NCBI RefSeq assembly: GCF_006345805.1
Contig: NC_043026.1
Span: forward strand, 3,162,001-3,226,000
DNA from: Octopus sinensis
Taxonomy: Eukaryota
Direction: 5' to 3'
Length of the DNA stretch: 64,000 bases
Part shown: piece by piece, positions 50,677 to 63,619 of the stretch
How positions within the stretch are numbered: position 1 is the stretch's first letter
How the letters are laid out: every line of letters begins with the position of its first letter
Notes under the pieces: generated by a model
The model's database searches: none
Seen by the model: only the letters and a program-made list of their open reading frames with translations
Told to the model about the DNA's origin: nothing
Program-made: the position numbers and the translations under genes

Positions 50677-52672
50677 ATATCATCATCATCATTTAACATC
50701 TGCTTTCCATGCTGGCATGGGTTGGATGGTTTGACTGATTAAGGCGGCGAGCTGGCAGAAACGTTAGCACGCCGGGCGAAATGCTTAGCGGTATTTCGTC
50801 TGTCGTTACGTTCTGAGTTCACAAATTCCGCCGGGTTCGACTTGCCTTCATCCTTTCCGAGTAGATTAATAAGTACCAGTTATGCACTGGGGTCGATATA
50901 ATCGACTTAATCCGTTTGTCTGTCCTTGTGTTGTCCTCTCTGTGTTTAGCCCCTAGTGGGTAGTAAGAAATAGGTATTTCGTCGTCGTTACGTTCTGAGT
51001 TCAAATTCCGCCGGTGTTCGACTTTGCCTTTCATCTTTCAGCGTCGATTAAATACCAGTTATGCACTGGGGTCGATATAATCGACTTAATCCGTTTGTCT
51101 GTCCTTGTTTTGTCCTCCTCTGTGTTTAGCCCTAGGGTAGTAAAGAAATAGGTATTTCGTCTGTCGTTACGTTCTGAGTTCAAATTCCGCCGGGTTCGAC
51201 TTTGCCTTTCATCCTTTCAGCGTCGATTAAATAAGTACCAGTTATGCACTGGGGTCGATATAATCGACTTAATCCGTTTGTCTGTCCTTGTTTGTCCTCT
51301 CTGTGTTTAGCCCCTTGTGGGTAGTAAAGGAAAAGGTTTGACTGAGAACTGGCAAGCCAGGAGGCTGCACCAGGCTCCAATCTGATTTGGTAAGGTTTCT
51401 ATAGCTGGATACCCTTCCTAATGCTAACCACTCTGAGAGTGTAGTGGGTGCTTTCACGTGCCAGTTAGTCGGCACAGGCATCAATCACACCCAGATATTG
51501 CTTTTTATGTGCCACTAGCCCTGGTTCCAGTTCCGCAGCACTGGCATTGGTCACACTCGATTGGTGCTTTTTACATATCAGCCACGTCTACGATTTCACT
51601 TGGTTCAACAAGCCTTCACAAGCATGGCATATTGCCCAACGATTGAAGGCTGCTTTTAAATGAGCCAGTTATGCAACACTGGCATGGGCCACAACTATGG
51701 TCTCACTTGGCTTGCTGGGTCTTCTCAAGCACAGCATTTCTCCAAAGGTCTCGGTCACTTGTCATTGCCTCTGTGAAGCCTAACGTTTGAAGGTCGTGCT
51801 TCGCCATTGCATCCCATGTCTTCCTGGGTCTACCTCTTCCACAGGTTCCCTCCATTGTTAGGGTGTGACACTTTTTCACACAGCTCTCCTCATCCATATG
51901 CAACACATGACCATACCAGCACAGTCATCTCTCTTCCACACCGCATCTGATGCTTCTTATGTTCAACTTTTCTCTCAGGATGCTTACACTCTGTTGGGTA
52001 TGCACACTGACATTACACATCCAGTGGGGCATACTAGCTTCATCTCTTTCAAGTCTACACATGTCCTCAGCAGTCTCAGCCTCTGTTCCACTGCTGTGTA
52101 GCATGGCATCATACAGTCTACCTTTCACTCTGAAGGAAAGGCCCTTTTATTACCAGCAGAGGTAGGAGCTCTCTGAACTTTGCCCAGGCTATTCTTATTC
52201 TAACAGCTACACTCTCAGAGCATCCACCCCGGCTGCTGACTTGGTCACCTAGGTAACAGAAGCTATCAACTACTTCTAGTTTTTCCCCTGGCATCTGATG
52301 GAATCTGTTTTCTGTACATCTTCGGTGTTTATTGCACCTGTGCATCTGCCACACACAAGAACTTTCTTCCCGGTTAACCTTCCTTTGATATTGCTGCACC
52401 TCTTATGTGTTCGTAGCTTCACCAAGTACATCTTATGGAGTTTCTACCTATGCCTTTTCAGGTAGATGGCCTTTTCAGGATCATCTATTTGAACGGATTT
52501 GTGATTTGTCTGCCTTCCTACTTACTAAGACTTTGGTTTCTGCTAGGTTAACTCTGAGGCTCATCAATTCTCGACCTTGCTTCCACGCCTGAAACTTCTC
52601 TAGTTCTGGTTGTGACTCAGCTATTAAAGCAAGGTCATCAGCATAGAGGAGCTCCCAGGGGCAGCCTGTCTC
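50677..52672 (-). mobile_element. RTE (BovB/RTE-1-like) LINE: RT C-half through 3'UTR, degenerate
   Basis: CPWELLYADDLALIAES (YADD at 52634-52645), LEVVDSFCYLGDQVS, GRGRPRKTW, DRDLWR; 3'UTR ends in (GAT)n and is interrupted by the SINE B trimer. Confidence 0.93.
50739..51334 (+). mobile_element. SINE family B trimer with an 11-bp TSD
   Basis: One head plus three ~185-bp bodies; GGTTTGACTGA at 50728-50738 and 51335-51345. Confidence 0.92.
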
Positions 52673-52744
52673 CTTTACCTTTGTAGCAGTTGACTATGGT
52701 CATTGGGTACATGTGTGGGTATATATATATATATATATATATAC

Positions 52745-53033
52745 GTGGAGGCACAATGGCCCAGTGGTTAGGGAAGCGGACTCGCGGTTTCGATTCCCAG
52801 ACCGGGCGTTGTGTGTGTTTACTGAGGCGAAAACCCTAAAAGCTCCACGAGGCTCCGGCAGGGGGGTGGTGATCCCTGCTGTACTCTTTCACAACAACTC
52901 TTTCATTTCTTTCACGCCTTTATTCTGTTTGGCCTCTCGCTTAGCCGCGGGGTGGCGTCTTCGAAGGCTAAAACATGCGAAGCACATTGTGACCAGCGAT
53001 GTGTAGCAACATGATGGTCTGGTCGGTCACGTG
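52745..53033 (+). mobile_element. tRNA-derived SINE, family C
   Basis: A-box-like TGGCCCAGTGG, B-box-like GGTTTCGATTCC, tail CATTGTGACCAGCGATGTG shared with 57455-57670. Confidence 0.75.
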
Positions 53034-53420
53034 AGATATATTATATATATATATAATATATGTGTGTGTGTGTATATGTATATACAACGACTATTGAAAA
53101 CGTTTATATATATGTGTATATATATATATATGTATATATATATATTGTGTGTATATATATATATGTATATATATATGCGTGTATTATATATATATAATAT
53201 GTGTGTATATATGTGTTGTATATATATATATATGTGTATATGTGTGTATATATATATATATGTTTATATATTGTGTGTAATATATAATATGTGTATATAT
53301 TGTTATATATATATATATTGTATATATGTGTGTATATATATATATATATCTATATATATATATATATATGTGTATATATGTTGTATATATATATATATAT
53401 ATATATATATTATGTGTGTA

Positions 53421-53461
<41 letters not shown>

Positions 53462-53462
53462 A

Positions 53463-53495
<33 letters not shown>

Positions 53496-53574
53496 TGTGT
53501 ATATATGTGTGTATATATATATATATGTTGTTATATGTGTGTATATATATATATATAATGTGTGTAGATGTGTG

Positions 53575-53631
<57 letters not shown>

Positions 53632-53640
53632 GTGTGGTGT

Positions 53641-53672
<32 letters not shown>

Positions 53673-54087
53673 GTGTGTATATATATATATATGTATATGT
53701 GTGTAATATGTGTGTATATATATATATTATGTATATGTGTATATGTATAATATGTATATGTGTGTATATATATATATATATTATATGTGTGTATATATGT
53801 GTGTATTGTGTATATATATGTATATATATAATGTGTGTATATATATATATATATATGTGTTATATATATTGTGTGTAATATATATATATATATGTGTATA
53901 TATATGTTGTGTATATATATATATATATATGTGTATATATGTGTGTATATATATATATATCTATACTATATGTGTATTATGTGGTGTATATATATATATA
54001 TATGTGTATATATGTGGTGTATATATATATATATATATGTGTATATTGTGTGTATAATATATATATATATATTATGTTGTGTGTGTA

Positions 54088-54118
<31 letters not shown>

Positions 54119-54129
54119 GTGTGTGTTGT

Positions 54130-54161
<32 letters not shown>

Positions 54162-54570
54162 GTGTGTTATATATATATATATATGTATATAGGTGTGTAT
54201 ATATGTGTGTATATAGTATATATGTGTGTATATTATATATATATGTATATATATTGTGTATATTATATATGTGTGTATATATGTATATATGTTATATATG
54301 TATATATGTGTGTATATATGTTGTTATATTGTATATATATTATAGATGTTGTATATATGTGGTGTATATATGTATATGTGTGTATATATATAGTATATAT
54401 GTGTATATATATATATGTATGTATATATGATTGTGTATATATATATATGTATGTATATATGTGTGTATATAAATATATGTATGTATATATGTGTGTAATA
54501 TAAAATTATATGTATGTATATATGTGTGTGTATAGATATATAATATATATAATATGTAATATGTGTGTGC

Positions 54571-54601
<31 letters not shown>

Positions 54602-55045
54602 TACACACACATATATATATATACACATATATATAGGTATATATGTGTATATATATGTATATATAATGTGTGTGTATATATATGTATAATTATGTGTGTA
54701 TTATATGTATATATATATGGTGTGATATATATGTATATATATATGTGTGGTATATATATGTATATATATGTTTTGTGTATATATATGTATATATATATGT
54801 GTGTATATATATGTATATATATATGTGTGTATATATATGTATATATATATGTGTGTATATATATATGTATATATATATGTGTATATATATATGTGCATGT
54901 GTGTGTGTATATATATATGTGTGTGTGTGTATATATATATATGTGTGTGTATATATGTGTGTGTGTGTATATATATATATATGTGTGTGTATATATATAT
55001 ATGTGTGCGTGTGTATATAAATTGCGTGTGTGTGTGTGTGTGTGG
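53034..55045. repeat. (TA)n/(TG)n microsatellite tract
   Basis: Simple repeats. Confidence 0.95.
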
Positions 55046-55384
55046 ATAGAGAAATGAACTCCTTCACATTGTGTTCTTTCGTTATCGATAATAATCTATA
55101 AAAGAAAACAAACATTTGTGTTTGTGGATGGGGGTGGATGTGACAAGATCTTGCAGGGGTGGGGGGTGTAGATGGATGGATTTTAAGTAAGAGGGGTGTG
55201 TGGTGGTGGTGGTGGTGCAGTGGAGAGAGAGAGGCATGAGAGAGTTAGAGCCAAGACACTTAATTTCCGGTATGTCTTGATTAACTGGGAAGGGGGTGGG
55301 CAAGTGAGATGGTGGTGGTGGTGGAGGGTTGAGTTGATGAGTGGGTGGGGTTTGAAGACCATGGAGGGGTGGGTGGGTGGGTGG

Positions 55385-55845
55385 TAAAGACTTCAAACTT
55401 GAAACCTTCAAAGCCACAGTCGAACCAATCCTACTCTATGGCTCAGAAACCTGGATGTTATTAAAGAAGCTTGAGAGGCGGTTGGATGGAACTTACACTC
55501 GCCTCCTTATGAGAGCTCAAAATCTCTTGTGGAAGCGTCATCCAACCAAAGTGCAAATATATGGGAAACTACCACCTGTGTCATCTCTTGTGAAAGGTAG
55601 GAGAGTCCAGTTTGCTGGACATTGTTGTAGAGCTGAAAAAGAAGTAATCTCTACTCTTCTCCTCTGGAAGCCATCTACTCGCAATACCAGAGGGCACACA
55701 CTCTCCTACCCTGATGTAATCTCCAGGGATACAGGCATCCAGCAACAGGACCTCCGTAATGCCATGATGGACCGTGAAGTCTGGCATTGCATGGTAAATT
55801 CCATTGTCTCGATCACGGTCGAACAATGATGATGATGATGGGTGA
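55385..55845 (+). mobile_element. RTE-clade LINE ORF2 C-terminus, second copy of the 20551-21060 family
   Basis: KDFKLETFKATVEPILLYGSETW...SITVEQ* followed by (GAT)n. Confidence 0.92.
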
Positions 55846-56263
55846 TGAGGATGTTTGTGTCTTAGTAAGTCGGTGTTTGTTATTGTTAAGCATGTATCAT
55901 TGTGCGTTCGCGTCATGATGCTGGGTGGGCCAAAGTAATGCACACAATAAATTCAACACACTGCACAGTATTTGACAAAGACCTACTTCGGTTTTCCTAA
56001 AATCAAATAAAATACCTAAAATAACGATAAACACACACTTGGTGAACAAAACGAGTAATGATAATAATGGTTTCAAATTTTGCCCCAGGGGTAGCCATGG
56101 AAGGAGGGGACTAGTCGATTGCATCAACCCCTGTGTTTCACTGGGGTCGAAAAGATATAAGGCAAAGTCAACCTTGGTAGAATTTGAACTCAGAACATAG
56201 CATCTGGTGAAATACCACTAAGCTTTTTACCCAGTGTGCTAATGATTCTGCCAGCTTGCCACC

Positions 56264-56269
<6 letters not shown>

Positions 56270-56294
<25 letters not shown>

Positions 56295-56510
56295 TTAACG
56301 TCCGTTTTCCATGCTAGCATGGGTTGGACGGTTCAACTGGGATCTGGGAAGCCAGAAGGCTGCACAAGGCTCCAATCTGATCTGGCAGTGTTTCTACAGC
56401 TGGATGCCCTTCCTAATGCCAACCACTCCGTGAGTGTAGTGGGTGCTTTTTACGTGCCACCAGCACGGAGGCCAGTCGGGGCGGCGCTGGCAACGGCCAC
56501 GTTCAGACGG
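56270..56510 (-). mobile_element. RTE 3'UTR short copy, flanked by SINE B fragments (~56095-56260 and ~56540-56895)
   Basis: (CAT)n followed by the family sequence. Confidence 0.82.
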
Positions 56511-56904
56511 TTCTCTTCAATAATAATAATAATTTCTACTGAAGGTACAAGGCCTGAAAGTTGATTACATCAACCCCAGTACTCAACTGGTATCTATTTT
56601 ATCGATCCCCAAAAAGATGAAAGCCAAAGTTCACCTCGGCAGAATTTGAACTCAGAACATTAAGACAGCAGAAATACCACTAAGCATTTCGTCCAGTGTG
56701 CTAACAATTCTGCCAGCTCACCACCTTTATAATATCAATAACGGTTTCAAGTTTTGGCACGTGGCCAGTAATTTCGGGTGGTGAGGTAAGTCCAACTGGG
56801 ACCTATTTTATTGACCCCCAAAGAGATGAAAGGTAGAGTCAACCTTGGTGAAATTTGAACTCGGAGCATGAAGATGGATGAAATGCTGCCGAGTATTTTC
56901 CTCT

Positions 56905-57133
56905 TTTTCTCTTTGACTCTTTTACTTGTTTCAGTCATTTGACTGTGGCCATGCTGAGTGCCTTTAGTCGAGCACCTCGACCCAAAAAAAAACAAAAAAA
57001 CACCCAGGACTTATTCTTTGTAAACCTAGTACTTATTCTATCGGTCTCTTGTGCCAAACTGCTAAGTTACGGGGACGTAAACAGACCAGCATCGGTTGTC
57101 AAGCGATGGTGGGGGACAAACACAGACACACAC

Positions 57134-57166
<33 letters not shown>

Positions 57167-57322
57167 CATACATACACACATATATATGATGGTCTTCTTT
57201 CAGTTTCCATCTACTAAATCCACTCACAAGGCTTTGGTCGGCCTTAGGTTATAGTAGAAGACACTTACCCAAGATTCCACGCAGTGGGACTGAACCCGGA
57301 TCCATGTGGCCACTCCTACGCC
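56905..57322 (-). mobile_element. SINE family A
   Basis: Near-complete copy. Confidence 0.88.
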
Positions 57323-57454
57323 TATCCACACAGCTCACCATAATAATAACATAAATAAAAATGTCAGATTTTTGGTGCGTGACCTTTGACCCACCCCCTA
57401 TTTCTGTACTTACTTACACACACTGGCATGTGTTCCATACCAGGGTTTTGTGTG

Positions 57455-57670
57455 CGTGAAGTTACGTGGCCTAGTGGTTAGGCTGTGAACTCCTGATCGC
57501 TAGGTCGTGGGTTTGATTCCCTGATTAGGTGGTGCATTGTGCTCTTGTGCAAAACACTCCATTTTGACATAAAGTCCCCCTTTTGATCAGCGGGGTGGTC
57601 ATCATTTGGAGGTTAAAACAATGCAAAAATGCATTGTGACCAGCGATGTGTAACGTCTGATAGCCTGTGA
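57455..57670 (+). mobile_element. SINE family C, degenerate
   Basis: TGGCCTAGTGG...GGTTTGATTCC head and shared tail. Confidence 0.65.
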
Positions 57671-57709
57671 TATGTATTTATATATGTGTGTGTGTATCTT
57701 TATATATAT

Positions 57710-58088
57710 ACTAGCAGTATCGCCCGGCGTTGCTCAGGTTTGTAAGGGAATACTATAAAAAGCATTTTTAGAGAGTTATAGCCAAAAAATAGCAAAATAA
57801 TGGAAAAAATATGGTAAATTTTTTTTGATAGTTAAAAAAGGTGTGAGTTGCGTCCCCCACACAGTTTGTGGTTTGTGTTCCTGCTTCTCGACCCCATGTC
57901 GAATTTATCGATTTTTTTTCAGAACTGGGGGAACTTTCAAAATTTTCGCTGCTTAGTTTTGAATTATGACTTAGGCTATGTTGTGTCAAGTGTTCATCAG
58001 AATCGTGAAAGCCGTGGTCAGGGTGAGGGTACAAGCAAACAGACACACAGAAACACGCACAGACAAACTGCCGTTTATATAGAGAGAT
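57710..58088 (+). mobile_element. Non-autonomous Helitron-like (Lep1/HINE-type) element
   Basis: Start ACTAGCAGTATCGCCCGGCGTTGCTC in (TA)n; end CACAGACAAACTGCCGTTTATATAGAGAGA. Class assigned from recalled terminal architecture. Confidence 0.5.
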
Positions 58089-58299
58089 ATATATTTACAT
58101 ATACACATATATACAAATACTTCCTCTGTATGTATATACCAACTCATATCATCATCAGCATCATCTTCATTTAATGTCTGGTTTCTGTGCTTGCATAGGT
58201 TGGAAGGTTTGACCAAAGCTGGAGAGCTGCACCAAGCTCCATTTTCCCTTTTGGCTTGGTTTCTGTGGTTGGATGCCCTTCCTTTATGCCAACCACTGG

Positions 58300-58600
58300 A
58301 GCCCTCTATGTGTCACTGACATGGGTGCCCTTTCATGTGTCTCTGGCACAGGTGCCTTTCAGGTGCCCTTCACATGTCACAGGTACAAGTGTCTCGTATG
58401 TCTCTTGCATGTCACCGGCACATGTCCTTCACATGTCACTGGGATGAGTGCCTTTCATATGCCTTTCCCATGTCACCAGCACGGGTGCCCTTCACATGCT
58501 TTTCATGTGTCGCTGGAGCAAGTGCCTTTCACATGTCGCTGGCATGGATGCCTCTCATGTGTCACCAGCACAGGTGCCTTTTATGTGACATTGGCACAGG
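58300..58600. repeat. Imperfect ~22-bp minisatellite continuous with an RTE 3'UTR copy (58150-58300)
   Basis: TGCCTTTCA(T/C)(G/A)TGTCACTGGCACAGG-like units. Confidence 0.75.
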
Positions 58601-58787
58601 TGATTTGCTACACACTACTTTCCATCCTCAATAATGAAACTTGGTAGATCCAAAAGTTAAACACACAGACACACACACAGACACACAAGTTGAGTTTTAT
58701 ATATATAGATTTCTCAACAGGGATTTCAGGGGAAAGTTTCAGGGAGTCGCTGGCGATGTATCGTAATGGAAAGTAGTGTGTAGCAAA

Positions 58788-59175
58788 TCTCTATATATAA
58801 AGCTGAAGTTGTCTGTGTGTGGCAGGTTTGGTAGCCTTCAATTAACACTATCTCCTTCGAGACCCTGCAGCGCAGGTTGGCCAAAATTGAGAGTATGATA
58901 GAAGAAGGCTTGCTCTTCATTCTGTAGAAGATAAAATTCAAATCGGACCATGTTAACACCAAAAATTATTTATATCAAAAAGGTACTTTTTTTCTATGAA
59001 AATCCCTATTTTTTACGATTTTTGACTGCTGTGTCACCATTTTTCGGTGTATTTCAACTGGAAAAATGTTCACTTAAAGAGAATAACAAGTTGCATAATG
59101 CAAAATTTTTACTTTTCAAAAATTCCAATTCTAAAGGGTCGAAACAAACCCAAGCAACACCGGGTGATACTGCTA

Positions 59176-59177
<2 letters not shown>
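58788..59177 (-). mobile_element. Second Helitron-like element, opposite orientation
   Basis: Minus start ACTAGCAGTATCACCCGGTGTTGCTTGGG; end CACAGACAACTTCAGCTTTATATATAGAGA. Confidence 0.5.
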
Positions 59178-59224
<47 letters not shown>

Positions 59225-59649
59225 TGTATATATGTATGTGTGTATATGTGTGTGTGTGTATGTATATATATTAATAATAATAATAATATGACAACAAAAG
59301 AATGAATGAGTCCTCGATATTATGTAAAAAGAGGAATTTATCTATTTATATATATATAAAGGTGCAGGAGTGGATGTGTAGTAAATAGCTTTTTTACCAA
59401 CCACATGGTTCCGGGTTCAGTCCCACTGCGTGGCACCTTGGGAAAGTGTCTTCTATTATAGCCTCGGGCCAACCAAAGCTTTGTGAGTGGATTTGGTAGA
59501 CGGAGACTGAAAGAAGCCTGTCGTTTCCAGGCTCCACTTGGAGCAACGCTACATCTTCACCCTACAAACTACCACCCCACACGGACTTAACACAGCCCCC
59601 TCCTCTTGAGATCCCCTTTTTTTTTTTTTTTCCCCCCCCCGGATACACC

Positions 59650-59828
59650 ACCCACACACACCCACCCACCTACCTCCCACACGCCTGTTCACACACACAC
59701 ATACGTAGACCCATCTACGTACATACATTCACACATTTAATCACACACACTTATAGACATACATGCACACACTAACATACAAACCAACATGCACATACAC
59801 ACACACATACATACATACACACACACTT

Positions 59829-59859
<31 letters not shown>

Positions 59860-60296
59860 TACATACACACATACATACACACATACATACGCACATACAT
59901 ACACACACACTCACACACACACACCGCACGTACATACTTCACACACACACACATGCACACATACATGTAGGCACACACATACATACATACCCACACATGC
60001 ACACACACATACACCTTTTTGCATCCAGGCAGCCCCCCCTCTTTTCTGCTTTCCGGTTTTGGCTGATGGATCCTCGGTTCCCGCGTAGCGGGGCGTTCGA
60101 GGGCCTTCGCGCTCGCGCGCTGGGGCCTTGGTCGGCCCTTTGGGCTTGCGTTGTATTGCTTGTGTGTTGTGTGCGTGAGCGCGCTTCGTGTGTGTGGGCT
60201 TGCTTCGGATGTGCGCGTGCGTATGTATGCATACATGCCCACACACTCGCATGCATCCCTACCCACATACATACACGCACACCTACACACACACAC

Positions 60297-60328
<32 letters not shown>

Positions 60329-62150
60329 ACCAGCACACACACACACACATACATACACACACATACCTACTTCAGACATACACACACACAGACATACACC
60401 CATACACTCACACTCACACGCATACACACACACACATACACACGCACACGTACACATACACACACACACACACCTACATACATACATTACACTTGTACTC
60501 CACACACACACAACACACCCTACATACATACATCTACCAACACACGCCTACACACATACATACACACATACATAAACACACACACTACACACACACGCGC
60601 ACACACACATATACTTATACACATGCACACACACATACATACATACAACCATACACATACACACACACATACCTACAACTCCTATACGCACACCATACAC
60701 ACAGACATACACACATACACACTCACACAAACATACACACACACATACTTACACACACACTCGCCTGCACGCGCACACACATGCATGACAACAACACCCA
60801 TACACTCACACTCACATACGCACACACCAACATAAACACGCACACGCACACACACACATACACACGCACCTACATACACACACGCACGCATACACACGCA
60901 CACACACGCATACACACATACATTACACACGTACACACACACCCACATACACATGCATACACACACACACAAACATGCACGGACACACCCAGACATACAT
61001 ACACCTATATACACACACCTACATACACACACATATACACACGCCCACACACCTACATACACACACATACACGGACACACCCATACTAACTAATACATAC
61101 AACTATACACACCGCCTACACACCTACATACACACACATGCATACACACACACATGTATGCACATACACACACATATACGCACATACATATATACCCACA
61201 CACATGCACACACACAACATACGCACATGCATGCATGCATGCACACGCGCACACCTACACGCATACACACACACACACCACGCACGTACACATACATACA
61301 TACACACACATACACCCATACACATACATGCATCCTACACACACATACATACACACTCACACATACATACATACACACACTCACTCACACACCTGTATGT
61401 ACGCGCACACACATGCACATACACACACTTCCACACACCCACACGTACATACACACTCATACACATACACACACACACACGGACATACATCTATGCACAC
61501 ACATATATACACACATACTCACATACATTCATCGGACACACTGACACCCAGACATACACACAGACACACTCACACATCCACACACATACATACTTACGCG
61601 CATACTCGCAGGCGCGCGCACACACGCTTGCGCCGGTTCGCGCACGCATACGCGCCGCATGTACCTTGCTCTTGGACCCGACGAGACCTCCGCTCGTTCC
61701 TGGGACCGTCGTGTCGTTGGGTTTTCCCACGCCCGTCTCCGCGGGACCACTCTTCCATCTTCCCCTCAGCTGGAGTCCTTTTTCCTAACCCCCCTTTTTT
61801 TTGTTACACACACGCGCACACATATACACACATTGCTTAAATATATACATTACTCTTACACACATTCAATCTACTCGCCATTAATACTACCACGACACTG
61901 GACACACACACACACTACTACTCAACACACGCTGGCACGCTACAAACCCCCCCACCCCTTCCCCTCCCTCCCTTCCTCCTTCCTTCTTTTTCTTACTACT
62001 GACCACTTTCTGCTATGCCTACCACTGTCTCGCCCTACCTCACACACCTACACACAGACGCACACACTAACACATACTTATATTTTTTGTTTGTTTATCT
62101 CGCCTCACACACACATACACACGCACACACTCACACATACACACAATCTG
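59650..62150. repeat. Degenerate (CA)n/(TACA)n tract with GC-rich islands
   Basis: Simple repeats; all ORFs here are H/T/Y or C/V/M artefacts. Confidence 0.9.
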
Positions 62151-62229
62151 TGCGTTACCAACCTTGTCTCCACTCTTTTGGCTTTAAAAACCTACTTTGC
62201 TCTTGTTATCGTAAACTTCCGCCTTTCAC

Positions 62230-62438
62230 CATGTGTAACTCGTAAACACCAGTCGTTTTTTTCTCTACCCTGTTGCCCGCTTTGGGATCTTTCTTCCTCT
62301 CTCTTCCTTCTTATGTTTCCGACGAAGAGCTCCGCTCGAAACGTCATACCTTCCTGCTTCCCTTTCCTGAGCGCCTATTAATAATAATACTGTAATTGTT
62401 CCATTGTTGTTGTTTTTTTTTGTTTTCCCGTTTGGATT

Positions 62439-62443
<5 letters not shown>
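62230..62443 (+). mobile_element. Hammerhead-bearing cassette (family H), diverged copy
   Basis: GTTT-CCGACGA-A-GAGC[TCC]GCTC-GAAA-CG-TC^ATAC at 62315-62349, then TTTCCTGAGCG...GTTTGGATTAA as in the other copies. Confidence 0.82.
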
Positions 62444-62486
<43 letters not shown>

Positions 62487-63619
62487 TTGTGTGTCTGTGT
62501 TTGTCCCCCTAGCATTGCTTGACAACCGATGCTGGTGTGTTTATTTCCCCGTTACTTAGCAGTTCGGCAAAAAGAGACCGATGGAATAAGTACTGGGCTT
62601 ACAAAAGAATAAGTCCTGGGGTCGAGTTGCTCGATTAAAGGCTGTGCTCCAGCATGGCCGCAGTCAAATGACTGAAACAAGTAAAAGAGAATATATATAT
62701 ATAATATGGGACAATCAGTAAGTTGTCCTAATGATACTCAGTTTCAAATACCAGAGCTGAGGGCTTCTAGGCATTTTGCATCAGTTATTAAGACAAGAAT
62801 GCAATGAAAAAAAGACCCGTTGAATAAAGGGAAGTTACTCTAATGGGCATGGAAAATATAAGTAAAAAATATAAAATATATTTTAAAAATTATAAAAATA
62901 CACGCAACCACATACTCACAAAGATAGAAATCTTCATTCATAAAATCTCCATACGTACACATGTATATATATGTGTGTGTGTGTATATATATATATATAC
63001 GCACATACACATACATACATGCATTATTATGGTCAAATACACATTTTTACATGCACACACATATACATGTATATGCATATATATATATATTTGTATAAAT
63101 ATATATATATATATAATATAAATATATACACACGTACGTATATATGTATAACTTCATCTTAAATATACAAAAACGTAAACAATATACAGATATGCACAAA
63201 GGTAACAGGCACATGTTCACACTTGCCACATATATGAATATACATATACATACACACGCATATGCATATATATATATGTACAAATATACACACAGACACG
63301 TATACATGCATACCCAACATCATCCTCGCATAAATATATAGAGACATTTATACAAATGAAAATACACACACAAACATAAAATGTATACATATATGCATAC
63401 TCGTACAGGTATATATTCACACTCACCGCAAACATGAATATTCATGTGTATAGAGGTGCATATATAATCAGCCGAAATTGCGAGGATGATCCGGTTCTTG
63501 ACTGAAGATTGAAGGCTTCGAATGTCCCGTCCGTGTTTTTTGTATCGTCTTCTAGATGTTTTGCGTTCTTGTCCCACTTTGTATTTTTTTTACATATACA
63601 TACATATATATATATATAT

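Larger units (their letters stand above)
59361..62690 (+). mobile_element. SINE family A split by a ~2.9-kb insertion (head 59361-59525, tail ~62445-62690)
   Basis: Head and tail are collinear, on the same strand, and complementary parts of one SINE. Confidence 0.7.

Noticed and set aside
55290-55385. G-quadruplex-forming GGGT runs
   Set aside because: Ordinary simple-repeat sequence with no supporting regulatory context.
60050-60200. GC-rich island as a CpG promoter or rDNA fragment
   Set aside because: Short, lies within irregular CA repeats, has no recognisable rRNA motif, and may be noisy sequence.
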